Positions 36,586-48,761 of a DNA stretch of 64,000 bases are shown here, piece after piece. The translations under genes were made by a program, and so were the position numbers. The DNA comes from Podospora anserina (lineage: Eukaryota). The stretch is taken from assembly GCA_017654855.1 (NCBI GenBank), contig CM030332.1, forward strand, positions 682,001-746,000, read 5' to 3'. Below the pieces are notes generated by a model that saw only the letters and a program-made list of their open reading frames with translations, was not told the DNA's origin and did no database searches. Numbering within the stretch: position 1 is the first letter of the stretch; every line of letters starts with the position of its first letter.

Positions 36586-39565
36586 TTTGGGTGGTACACG
36601 ATATCGAGGACGGTCTTGGGGAATGTGGAAGACAGTGAAACTGAACGACGACGGGCTTGGTTTATAAGTGATGCTTCAGCCAAGCGTTCTGCTCAGATCA
36701 ACAAAACTTGTTTTCGTATGAGGTCTATCAGAGACAAGACGGGTCATTCCTGTCGATCCAAGTAGGAAAAGGAAACATCCCGTGGCCAGAGAAGGGCCGC
36801 TGCCTGTCACCTATATATCTCAAGGGAGGCTCTTTCCTCACACCTCAACAAGCCCGCGGGGCAAGCGTCTACCAACCTCTCAGCACCGCAAAGACTTCCC
36901 ACCACCACCACACTCCCACACGCAAAAGCACACCATTGGCAAGCTGCGCGGGGAGTCCGTCAAAAGTGATCATGTCACAGAGCCCAAAACCGAGAGAGCG
37001 GGCCGGGAAAGCGGGACTTTGTTCGTTGGTGTGTGCGGCATCCCAAAGCCTCGTCCGACCTCCCGAGGAACGGCCCACGAGTGGTCAAGATCGTCGGCTT
37101 CCGAGACTTTCAATGTCCAGGCGCGGTCTGTGAGCTGGCGTGCGTTGTCTTGCAGTGAGAGGCCACGCACGGGTCACCGCCATGGATGACTATCGCAATT
37201 CATTGATTCCGCATGCCGCTGGGACAGTGTCATTCCGAAGCCCATATCCAAAGCTTTTACTTCTGGTGCCTGAGTTTTGATACTACAAAACACATCTGCC
37301 CAGAAAACCACAACCCACACTGTCGGTAACACCACCTGCACAGAACTATCTGCCGTAACACGATAGAAGAATAAGAAGGTGGGCAAGCAAACGGGTTCGA
37401 GGCAACCAAGTGAGACAAATGATTGTCCAAAGGTGGTGTGCTACTCTCCAACATAATTCGTCAGTCAGACACCCATCTAGCGTCTTGTGGCGCCCTTTTG
37501 GAAGTTCTTCGATTTTGGGGAATCTCAGCCCAGTCGATGCCGGACTAGAACCTTCAAAAAGTCGGCTTCGAAAGATATTGTAAGCCGCATTTCCTTTTTG
37601 AGAAGGGCCAGAGGTTGTAACTCGGCCATGATCGGGCCCGTCTGGTTGGGTTATCCGTGATGATTGGGTCGATTGGGGCAGTCAGCATAGCTTTGGACTA
37701 TGCACATTGGGCATTTTCCCCCAGCTGAGCGGCATTTGTTTTCTGAGCCTGACGATGGTTTGTCAGAGCTTGGCATTTACCTCGCTCTGAGCCCACTTTG
37801 CTTGGCCAAAGGGAGAGGATTGGTGAGGATTCAGAATCAATTCTCAGTAAGAACTAGGACATGTTACCCAACTCACTGTTTTGTGAAAGTCGGCCAGACA
37901 GGTTAGGAAGCTGAAGGCTTCAAAGCTAACATATATGCAAGTTCGTCACGAGATGATAGGTGAGTGGTATAGATTTTGGGCCGCCACATTTTTTGGGGTC
38001 TTCTCTGCTGCATGTAGACCACCTACCTTACCCGACGACACCGACAGTTCGGCTGCCGGACCTGCGAGGCTTACACCTTCCCTTACCTCCCCACCAATAC
38101 CGACCGAGATGCCGGACCTACCGAGCTACCGGGGCGAAATACCATTCATTCCAGTTGAGACTTGCCTACTGCAGTGATAAGGTCGGAACTCAGATCACAC
38201 TGGTAGCCACTTTGTTCACCCACCCCCACGTGCCGCAGTGATCGGGGATGGTATTTGATGCCTGGGTTCAGTTTCATCTCCGAATTTGCGAGGAATATCG
38301 GATGGATGATATCTTGAGCCCGAAAAACTACTCTTTCTTGTCCATGTCACCGGTTGCCATTTCCAGAAAGCGATCTGATGAATACCTCTATGCCGAGATG
38401 AACTGGGAATCGGATATCAGTTGGGTGGTGCCTGTTCCATCACCCGAGCAGGGCATGCCGGGGTTAAGCACACATCAAAAGGGAGGATGCATAACACAGA
38501 ATGATCGTGTTGGCTCTTTGTTGTGTTACTTGGCCATTCGGAAGTTGTGTGTGAAAAAGAGAGATTTGAAACATTTTGCTCAGCCGCCTTCAACACTGAT
38601 TGCTGTTGTTGTTCTTGTTGCACAGATCTATCTTGCAGGAACCAGGTCTCAAACAAAAGTGCTCGAAAGGGGACCTGTGTCTGCAGACCATGAAAAAAAA
38701 CTGCTCTGCTAAGCCCTGCTGCCCCGGAGTCGAGATAACTTTCTTTTTTGTTGTGCGGCTTGGACTGTGAAACTAAGGGTTTGTTGAGAATCATATGGCC
38801 TTGTTCAGTGATCGGTCAAAATTCAGGAATAAGTTCAACAAACTTGGGAGATTTATCCGTGTCCCATCCGGCCAGAATTTAACACGCAACTGCAAGATAG
38901 ACTTTTCGCTCCCCGTCCTGTTTCGTTGGACGATGCTATCCTTCCCGGCCTGTTGGGTCGTTGGCTCAACCCCAGAGCCCCAAAACCAAATTCCCACCTA
39001 ACCTGGTTTACCACACAAGGTCACGGTCATGTTAAACCAAATGGCAGGCTGTGTTCCGAATGGTAGCTACCATAAAATTCATTCCGACTGTTGCTCGGTT
39101 CCGGTAGGTATCCCACTGACGACGCTCATGCGTGTGAGATAAACCCTGTAATGCTTTGTGCGTCAATGTTGGTTATGTGAAATGCACCAACAACAACTAC
39201 AACAACTACAACAACAACAACCATTTTATTAAAGAGGTTTAAGCGCCCGTTCAAACCGTTCGCTTATTCTTTAAGGTAACCCTCGGTTGTCAACATCGCC
39301 GGTCTGGCCCCGGTTCATAAGTCGAGGCTGGCACTGCCCCATGCTCTTGACAGCCTCGTGGCTTTCAAGACTCGATTGGGGATCATCTTTCAAATCAAAG
39401 AAAACCGGGGTTGCTTTGAAATCTTATACCCCGTGTAGTCTGCAACTAGTATTATACAATATAATATAGTCTCAGGATAGAAGTATACGTAACTAAAATT
39501 TGAAATGGCAAACATCAATTCAGGACTGTCATTAGCATCAATCTAGCCATCATCGCAAAACCCCC

Positions 39566-41322
39566 TCAAAACACCAACAAAGCCGCGCTCGAATCCTCAA
39601 CCCCAACCTTCACCCTCCCCATCCCATCAACCTCCACCTCCTCCCCCGTAGTAACATTCCCCATCCTCACCGGCCTCCCCTGATCAAGCTCATAGTTGTA
39701 ACTCCACCCATCCCAACTAATCCCCGTAACGGCATCACTCCCGTTAGCCCTCAACCTCTGCACTTTGACCTTTTGCCTGTACCCAACCGTCACCCCAACA
39801 TCAACCCCCGCCCTCTTCCCCAAACCCCCCAGTTGAAAAAAATACTCCACGCTCCCTCTCTTTGGCGGATTGGGAAGTGGAACTAGTCCCTCCCCGTCAA
39901 CCGTGGTGTTATACCCCCTCATATTAACCACCACAACCCTCGACAAAATTCCACCATGGTAAATCGCATATGCCGCCTCGCGGTGCCAAGTCAACGGAAT
40001 GCTCACCACCTCCACCTTCTCATGTCTCCCCAGGGCGGCAGCTGTGGCGATATTGCCGTAGTAAGGGGGTTTTGTCCCTATGCTCGTAACGTTCGTCTCT
40101 ATTGGTTGCCAGGATGCATACTAACCCCGTCAACACACTATTTGCCGCAAGTTATTTGAGAGAGACAAACCCGGTAGTTAGTCCCCTGGTGCATATGCAC
40201 CCTTTTGAATCCTTTGCTCGCGGCATAGAGGTTAAAGTCTACCACCCAGAGTGCCGCGCCAAAAGTGTTGGATAGCCCTGGGCGGCCTTGGTTGTATAGC
40301 GAGTTTGTCTCCCCGAATATGGGCGGTGGAGCGCCCGGATCGAGGGAGACGATCCGGTAGTATTCGGCTGCTTGGGCGTTCACTGACCGGGCGGTGACGG
40401 TGTGGTTTAGGAGGGTGGATTGGAGGGTTACGCCTGGGGTTGTGGCGCCCGAGATGTAGCTGGGGGTGTTAGTGGGGAGTAGTGAGTTGATATGGAAAGA
40501 AAAAAAGGTAGCTGGACCAGAAACATACTTGTGCGTCGAATACAACCTGACATTCCTGCCATTATTTAAACCAGCTGCCCAGCTCACATGCGCCTTTAGC
40601 CTGTTACCAACGCCTCCATGAGAAGGTGCCATATATCCATATTCACTCTCACGAGCAAGGTCAGGGCAGTGTTGCCTTACCAGCGCATGTATCGTCCTCG
40701 TTCCGTTCTGCCACTGCCACACATAGGTGCTTTCGTTCCAACTCGGAGGTCGAATTGGGCCTTGGGCAGCGGTTGAAAACAAATCCGGTTCGTTGCCATA
40801 ACCCCATAGATAGAGTTTCCCGTCACTCAGTGCTTTGCAAGCGAGAGGGACTGTGTCGAGGAGTGTTTGCCACCCCTCTGAAGTATTGGCACCAAGGCCA
40901 AGGTTGAAGCCATGAGAGAACTTGACATCCTTCCAGGTGCTGTAGGACTCAAAGTAGGAGGGACCAATGTAGATGGTGGTCGGATAATCGAGAGACCGCT
41001 TGGGGTTGAAAGTGCCATTCAGGGCATATGGCAAAGAGGCGTTGTAGAGAGCATAATCCTGAGTGTTGCCTCCTACTCGGATGTACGGCTTCGTGCCGGT
41101 CAGGTGTCTGATGTTTTCCAAGAGGTTGTCCGAAAAGGTGTTCGGATGTGAGTTGTTTCCTGCAAAGTCAGGAAAGCTAGAGAACTCGATGCTGAAGCTC
41201 ACAAAGCCGTCGAGGATCTCATTGGCAGACGTGATGGACGTAGCGACTGGGAATTGACCTTGGACAAGTGAACCTGTCAAAAGAGAAAAGAAGACGGCCT
41301 GCTTCATGTTGGAAAACCGCAT
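39566..41322 (-). CDS. Secreted glycoside hydrolase family 79 (beta-glucuronidase)
   Basis: Signal peptide; motifs SFSIEF, IRVGGNTQD, GNEPDLF (acid/base), FGETNS (nucleophile), SNTFGAALW and HMHQGTNYRYASWQP. Exons 41322-40529, 40459-40171 and 40120-39566. Confidence 0.92.
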
Positions 41323-42520
41323 AATTCAAAAACAGCATCTCCCAGACATTGCGGGCAATTCCCTTCATCTTGAAGCGGACAGCAGCAGCAAAAATACATG
41401 AAAACACCCAACACCACACGAGTCCACTAATGTCGTGTGTCAGGCTAAATGGTTCACTTGATCACCACTCTGCACCCTGAATGGATCAAAACCAATTCGG
41501 CTTGAGTGATCGACATGGAGGGTGAGTACGGCATAGGCCCCGGAAAATGAGGCCAGACAGGAGTGATCACCAGGTTCCACAAGAATCTCCGCGTGGAATG
41601 AACATCTGGCTCGTGCTTCTGGGGGAGGGATCCGGGATTCTGGAGATGTTCCACTTGGAATGTGTCGGTACGGTGAGACGAACGGGGATTGTTCTGGGGA
41701 AATAGATCTTTTGCTGGTTAAGGAAGGCAATGCTTGTAAGTGGTCAATTGCAGGGGCCAGCACTCAGCGCGGGCAGTGCGGGGGCAGCATGGGAGGAGTT
41801 GGGGAACAGAAACATTGATGAGCGTCTCTGTGAGAGGCAGGTGCAGTCTAGGATCAAACACGATGAGGGTTGACTTGAGATACTTGGCACTAGAGTATCC
41901 TTGCCCTGGGAGAAACAACCTCGGCAGCTCTCTGCTTGAGGTATATCGTCGGTATGTTCGGGACATGGTGTTTCTGTGTAGTCTTGGCGGCGGGGTGTTT
42001 GATGTCGTCAAGTGTGGGGTAGCTGTCCTTCTGCCATTGTAGCCAAGAAACCTCAAGACGACGAGATATTGCTCTTGGGGTTTTTTCCTAGCTGGTGATC
42101 ATAGTCAAAGCCCCTTCAAGAAACTCACGACTTCCTCTTTGGGGTTGTTTGAAGTCAAGACAAGCTCAGGGCCGATGTTAGGCGCCGAGGCATTCTCCAC
42201 TGCATCCGGGGCATGCGGAGGTCGTCTGATTGTCATGCAACGCTCTCGACGTCATTGATCAATGGGGAATCTAGAATGCCCAAAAGAGACAGCTTCACCA
42301 CTTTCTTAGTGACTGTATGTAGAAACTAAGGTAAGTTTCAACCCATAGCGGAGCCGTAGATAGCCAGCTTGTCCCGAGGCGCATCCGCACTCGCAACCAA
42401 GTCTCCATCCACTCAAGCGTCATCCATCCCTATCGCTTCTGCATTTCCGGGGCCGACCCTTTAGGTCCTCTTTTCATTCTTGTGCATTCTCCTCTGCACG
42501 ACACACACCATCATCTCAAA

Positions 42521-44156
42521 ATGCTCTTTCAAAAAGCTCTTACTTCCACAGCCCGCATCGCAACCCGCTCTCATCAGTTCCGGTCACCTCTCACCTCCTT
42601 CTCACGTCTCTCATCCACAATGGCTCCTAAGGTGAGTGTACCTCGGCTCGCATATCACTTCACCCTCTGACACATCCCAGCTTCGAGACCCCTCCCTCTT
42701 CAAACAAAACGTCTGCTATGTCAACGGGGAATGGATCCCCGCCAAATCCGGCAAAACCTTTGAAGTCCACGACCCAGCCACAGAGCAACTAATCGGCACC
42801 TGCCCCGAATTCACCGCAGAGGACACCCGCCTCGCCATCTCCCACGCCGAAACCGCGTTCGAGTCCTTCCGGCACAAGACCGGCCGTGAGCGCTCCAAGC
42901 TCCTCCGCAAGTGGTACGACCTCGTCGTCGAAAACGCCGACGACCTCGCCACCCTCATCACCTGGGAGAACGGCAAGCCTACGGCCGATGCCAAAGGCGA
43001 AGTAACCTACGCGGCCAATTTCTTTGAATGGTTCAGTGAGGAGGCCCCCCGTATTTACGGGGATACCATCCCTTCCTCCATCCCAGGAAACCGCGTCATC
43101 ACCATCAAAGAACCGGTTGGCGTCTGCGGGCTGATAACACCATGGAACTTCCCCGCGGCTATGATCACCCGTAAAATCGGCCCTGCTCTGGCAGTGGGTT
43201 GTTCAGTGGTGGTGAAAGCCCCCGGTGAGACCCCCTTCACCCCACTGGCCCTCGCCGAGCTCGCCCACCGCGCCGGTGTGCCCCCAGGAGTGGTAAACGT
43301 CGTCACGGCGAGCGAAAACACCCCCGAAGTCGGCAAGGAACTCACCACCAACCCTACCGTCCGCAAAATCTCCTTCACCGGCTCGACCCCGGTGGGCAAG
43401 CTGCTCATGAAGCAATGTTCGACTACTCTCAAAAAACTCTCCCTCGAACTAGGGGGTAATGCCCCCTTTATCGTCTTTGACGACGCTGATGTTGACCTTG
43501 CGGTTGCGGGGGCGATTGCCTCTAAATTCCGCTCTTCAGGACAGACGTGTGTCTGCGCCAACCGGATCTTTGTTCAGAGGGGGGTGTATGACGAGTTTGC
43601 CTCGAAATTCGCCGCCAAGGTCAAGGAGTTCAAGGTTGGTAACGGGTTCGAAAATGGCACCACGCATGGCCCCCTGATCCACCACAAGGCCATCTCCAAG
43701 GTGGAGGAACACGTCCGGGACGCGGAGAAGAAGGGCGCCAAGGTTTTGCTTGGAGGAAACAAACTCCCGGATTTAGGACCTAACTTTTACGAGCCGACGG
43801 TGATTTCGGGGATGAAGGTTGATATGGCCATGGCATCGGAGGAAACGTTTGGGCCGGTGGCGGGGCTGTTCCCGTTTGACACCGAGGAGGAGGTGGTCAG
43901 GATTGCAAACAACACCACCGTTGGGTTGGCGGGGTATTTCTTCTCGAGGGATCTGGAGAGGGTTCACCGGGTGGCGGAGCATTTGGAGGTTGGGATGGTG
44001 GGGGTGAACACGGGGTTGATTTCTGATCCGGCGAGCCCGTTTGGAGGAGTGAAAGAGAGCGGGTTTGGGAGGGAGGGGAGTTTGTATGGAATTGGGGAGT
44101 ATCAAGTCACGAAGATGGTGACGTATGGGGGGATGGGGAAGAAGTTGCAGTCGTGA
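42521..44156 (+). CDS. uga2: Succinate-semialdehyde dehydrogenase (NAD(P)+), GABA shunt
   Basis: Exon 1 42521-42631 (second ATG at 42620), intron 42632-42680, exon 2 42681-44156. ALDH motifs ITPWNFP, FTGSTPVG, LELGGNAP, KFRSSGQTCVC, EETFGP and PFGGVKESGFGREGS. Confidence 0.94.
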
Positions 44157-44513
44157 GGGGGGGGGAGACTATGAGATGTGAAAAGTTTTGAGCTTACCCG
44201 GCGGGAGCAAAATGAGAATGTTGTCATGTTTACTTCCGATGTCATGATTGATTGTTCATGGCCTTTTTGTATTTTGAGCACTATCACTCATACCCTGACC
44301 TAGTTCTCTGTCCCTCAAGATCAAGAAAGAAACGAACGGACCCTGCCCAGTGTCTCCCTTCCACCTCAACCAGAGACAAGAAAGAATTAGAAATGTGATA
44401 AAAACACTGTGTCGACGACATAAAAAAAAAAGAGAGGACTGCTTTTTCTCGCAGGGGTATTCTCCTCCTTTCCTCACATAAAAATATCATACACTTCCCC
44501 CTTTTCCTTCCCC

Positions 44514-45538
44514 TCACCGATACGTATCAACCCTCAAAGGCAACTTCCGATCCAGGGTATGGAAAGCCTGCGTCCTCGGCGTAAAAGGCGCGGGGTTATG
44601 CGTGAACCCACCACCACTGCTACTCCCCCCCGCAGCACCACTCATTTGTTGATGTTGTTGTTGTTGCAACTGTTGTTGATAATGCCCATAATACCCCCCC
44701 CCCACTCCCCCCCTCCTCAGGACTAACCGGCGTGGTCATCTCCACGCTGACCCCCTTGTCCTTTTGCGCCGAGTTATAGCCGTATTCCTCCTCGTCGTCG
44801 CTGTCGTCCATCATGTCGAGCATTTTGTTGGGCCACATGGCCCAGATGGCGAAGCTAGTCTGGATGACGTATACCGCGCTATATATATCGCTGTTAGTTT
44901 TTTGATTGTGATGGGGGAAAGATAGGGGGAGACAAACAGCATGTACACCGTCACGGCAAACGCCCCCTTGGACATTTGGCAACTCTTGACGGCATTGTAC
45001 GGGATGGCGAGGTCGCACGATTTGCGGATGTACCACGGTGTCCAGCTCGGGTATCTCGGGTCGGCGTAGTCTGGTCCGGCCTGTCCGTACACGCTGACGG
45101 CGTAGAGCGCGGTGAGGGAGACGCCGACTGCGGTGCCGATGATGGGGTAGAAAATCTTCATGATGGCGGCGATCATCTTGGCGAGGAGGATGAAGAGGGA
45201 GACGATAGTGATGGCCACGTTGAAGGTTGTTAGTCTGGCATAGAGGTTAGCATGTGAAAGTATGATCCTGGGGCGGATGAAAGAAAGACATACGTTTGCG
45301 ACCAGACAAACGGAATGGTCGGGAGCGGTCTATGGTTGGCATAGGCATACAGAATCATCGTCGGGCTCGAGTTGAGCTTGTAGTCGGAGCCGATGCGCCA
45401 GAAGAGCGTCCTCCAGGCATCCGGTTGCTGAACACCAAACAAAACAAGAAGAGGAATGATGCCGGCGAGCTCGGGAACCATGCCCCAATACAGAGGCCGC
45501 TTTGCTCGCCATGGGCGGTGGAGAATTCGGTAGCCCAT
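44514..45538 (-). CDS. Multi-pass membrane protein of unknown function, with an apparent +1 frameshift in a G10 run in the last exon
   Basis: Exons 45538-45294, 45234-44938 and 44878 onward, with about four hydrophobic helices and a GQAGPDYADPRYPS motif. As sequenced it stops at 44620. Removing one base from the run at 44694-44703 gives GGGYYGH...PFTPRTQAFHTLDRKLPLR ending at 44514. Confidence 0.8.
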
Positions 45539-48138
45539 TGTGAATCGTCTTGGTGTTGAGACTTTTTAACCCGAGGCTCGGCGCCGTCGACTTGAATATA
45601 TATATGTCGATGTCGTCCCACTTCCAAACAAAAAACCCAGCAAAATCGCCGGCTCGTGAGGCTACCTCACATCGATCTCCCGTCGCAATCGCAGTCGGTC
45701 CCCCGGTGAGACACACACACTGCCCGCCAAAACCCACGTCTTCAATTGGCGATCGCAAAGAGTGTCGCAAAGGTCGCCTTGGGGTTCACAAATCGCACAT
45801 CACGGGGGGGAGCAGAAATAAGAGGCGGGGAAAAGAGACAGGCGAACCATGATTGTATATTAAAAGCTGCAATTCCCATCGCATTTTCGGGGTCTCTGGA
45901 AGCAACCAACCAGCCGTCCATCCCCCTCTCTTGTGTGTCCATGCCGTGCTGTGCTGCCGCCCAGACCAGAGGCGATAGCCTGAAAAGATGCAGCTGGTCG
46001 GTCAATCACAGCTTGACGATCCAATGAGAGACCCGAGCAAGCGTCGTTGCGGCGTTGCTGTAAGCGCCCAGTTGTCGGACCCCTCGCCCAATCACAGCGG
46101 CGTCTCGCGGTGAACAGCAGGGCTGCTGCCGGGATGCTGCCGGGCTGCGAGGGGTGACGTGAACATTGTTCGGCAGCTGGGAGAATAGCTTGGTGTCACC
46201 CACCAAGCACTGCTTCGCCAGAGAGACTCACCTCATGGTTGAACAGGTGAGTGAGATTGTCAGTGAGTGATAAGAGTGCGAAGCCCTCCCGAGTTTGTGG
46301 ATGTGCCGTGTCATTTTTGGCGGGCGCATGGCGTGCCCAGCTCTGGTTGGCCAGAACATCGAAACAGTTCTTCCTCGTGGTGTGTTCATTTGTGTGCCCA
46401 CCACAGGCGCGCGCCGGGCATTGTCGCATCCAAGTTCTCATCACCCATCATCACCATCACCCGTCACCCGAAAGCCTGCCCTCCGCGGCATGTCGGTCGC
46501 CGTTGCTGCCGTGCTGCCGTGCTGCCGTTGAGCAGCTGAGCGGACGGGAGGCGGCGCCAACGGAACTTGCCAGTGGGTGCCGGTGCGGTCTCAGCGTCCG
46601 TGCGTTCGGGCACCCCTCCTGGCTTCTTGATTGGTCGGCATCGTGAACTGTGCTGCACTCAATCTATTGACAGTGTGCTCCTGTCGTGAGTGTTTTCCAA
46701 ATATGTCTCAATATTCCAAGGTACATTTGGAACCCTGAGGAAGAAATCCATGTAAACTCTTCAATGCTGTAGGTAAACGATTTGTGGATGGCCGGAAAAG
46801 CTGCAATGTGGATTTTCAGCTTCAGCTCGGAATTAGCTCCGTAGCGCGAATGCGAAACCTCCACACTGCTGTGAGGCACCGTTACGTATTACGGATACCA
46901 AACTCCGATCGAGATTCCGAAAGGCCGGGGCTGGCCTCGGCAGAAACGGAGGTCTGCACCGTTTGTTTTCGGACCGGCCTTTTTTGTTGCTCAGATCGAG
47001 ATAATGCACAACATCGGGTTAGTTTGCGATTACGGCCGCGTCTTGGACAAATGCCACGGGCGGGCGGTCTGGAGGGGTAGCATTACATTGGAAAAACCTC
47101 ACGCCCCCCACTAAAGAAATCAGTTATACAAGCGAGTGGCAGACATTGCAAAAACTGTCAAATGCCACGACACGACGAAAACAAGAGAACCTGGGCGACT
47201 GTGAGGGATCGAGGAGATGGGATTTTAAAATGCCGCTCTCACCCTTCATGGGAATTTGGCTGGCTCCTCCTCCTGCCAGCAGCATCAGGCCATTTCCTCA
47301 CACGGAAGACATGCTGCTTGGCTTGTGATGGGTTGACTCGTAATCTCAGAGGGAGCCAAGCGGAAGGGCGGGAATAGGCCCTTCTGGAACATGAGATCGG
47401 CACCGGCGCTCACCGGAGCCCGTACGGCGTTACATAAGCGGGGGGCCGGGCTGTCGTTTGAGTATTGGGTTGAGGAGGGCATACAACATACCCGTTGTAG
47501 AGGGCTCAGCTCACGATGCCGGCTGCCAATGGATGGTAATGGAGTCTCGGCAGAAGGATGAGGGTTGCGATGGCAGGCAGAGATCCCGATTGCACTCCAT
47601 GTGTTCGGCAGGAACGGCCAGCGCACGGAGTAGGTATCAGCGTATCGGCTGGCTGGCGACGTGAAATACGGCGTAAATTGCAGGGGCCTGTGGTGTTGTT
47701 GTAGCACGAACCCAGGGCCAGACCTCGATGGGCCTTTCTACCCCTGCTCCTTCGATCATGCTTTGCTGGGGAAGCTCTCGAAACCTCATCAGTCCACTTT
47801 TGACGCACCGTTTTACGGATCCGTACGGGTACAGCAACAGCGACAGCAACAGCAACAGCGGGAGTGAACAAAGGACCAGCTTCCTCACCAACAAGTCTGC
47901 TGAAAACGCTGAATCCCCGCGCTACTCATTGGTTCAAGCAGGCCTTCTCAGCCTGTCGGGCTGTCTGTCTCTCCATCAAGCGCACCAGACAGAGGCAGCG
48001 TATCCATAGAGAGAGTCCAGGCACGGTTGGGCTCTGTCTGTTATTCTCCAACGTCGCTTTTCCCCACGACACCCAGAGTCCACCGCTCGCCGTGCTTCCC
48101 ACTCCCCAAAAAGTTACTTTTCTTAGTCAGTCTACCAG

Positions 48139-48179
48139 TTTCGATTTTCGATTTCGATTTCGATTTCGATTTTCGATTT
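48139..48179. repeat. (T)TTCGAT tandem repeat, 6 copies, upstream of the histidine kinase
   Basis: TTTCGATTTTCGATTTCGATTTCGATTTCGATTTTCGATTT is directly visible. Confidence 0.85.
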
Positions 48180-48761
48180 GCATGACCACCTGCCCGCCCG
48201 AGACTTTCCAAAGTGCAAAACCTATCCTATCCTGTGCCCTCTCCTCGTCAAAAATTCCTAGTTTGTCTAGGTTCTAGGTTGCTCACCACCGCGAGATCGC
48301 TGCTTGATTCGAGGCACTGCTGAGCGAAGAAAACTCGCCAACGGCAACAAGAAAACACGAATCAACAAAGTATCCAGGGCCAAGCTACCGCATGCGACAG
48401 CACATATCAACTCACTTCTCCACTCATTGCTAGGAACACGAGCGTTCGAACGAGTCTTTCATCCCAATAAAACGGTCCAGAACGTCAAAAAGAACAACAG
48501 GGAAGGTTCATCCCGTCTTTGGAACAAACAGTCAATGGCCAGCTGCTCGGGAGCGTCTGGTATCTAAAAGGATCAACCCCCGTTTGGTTGTCCGTCTACG
48601 GCTTCTGTCGGTCGCGGTTGTAGGTGGCGGAACATTGATAAACTTTCCCGCCGCTCTCTCCTTCGTAGATTGAGGTTGGTGCTGCGTGCGAGCTTGCCCG
48701 AGGAAATCGCCCCTTTGGGCTACTGGGGGACTTCTGATATAGACCTGTCGCTCACTTGGGC

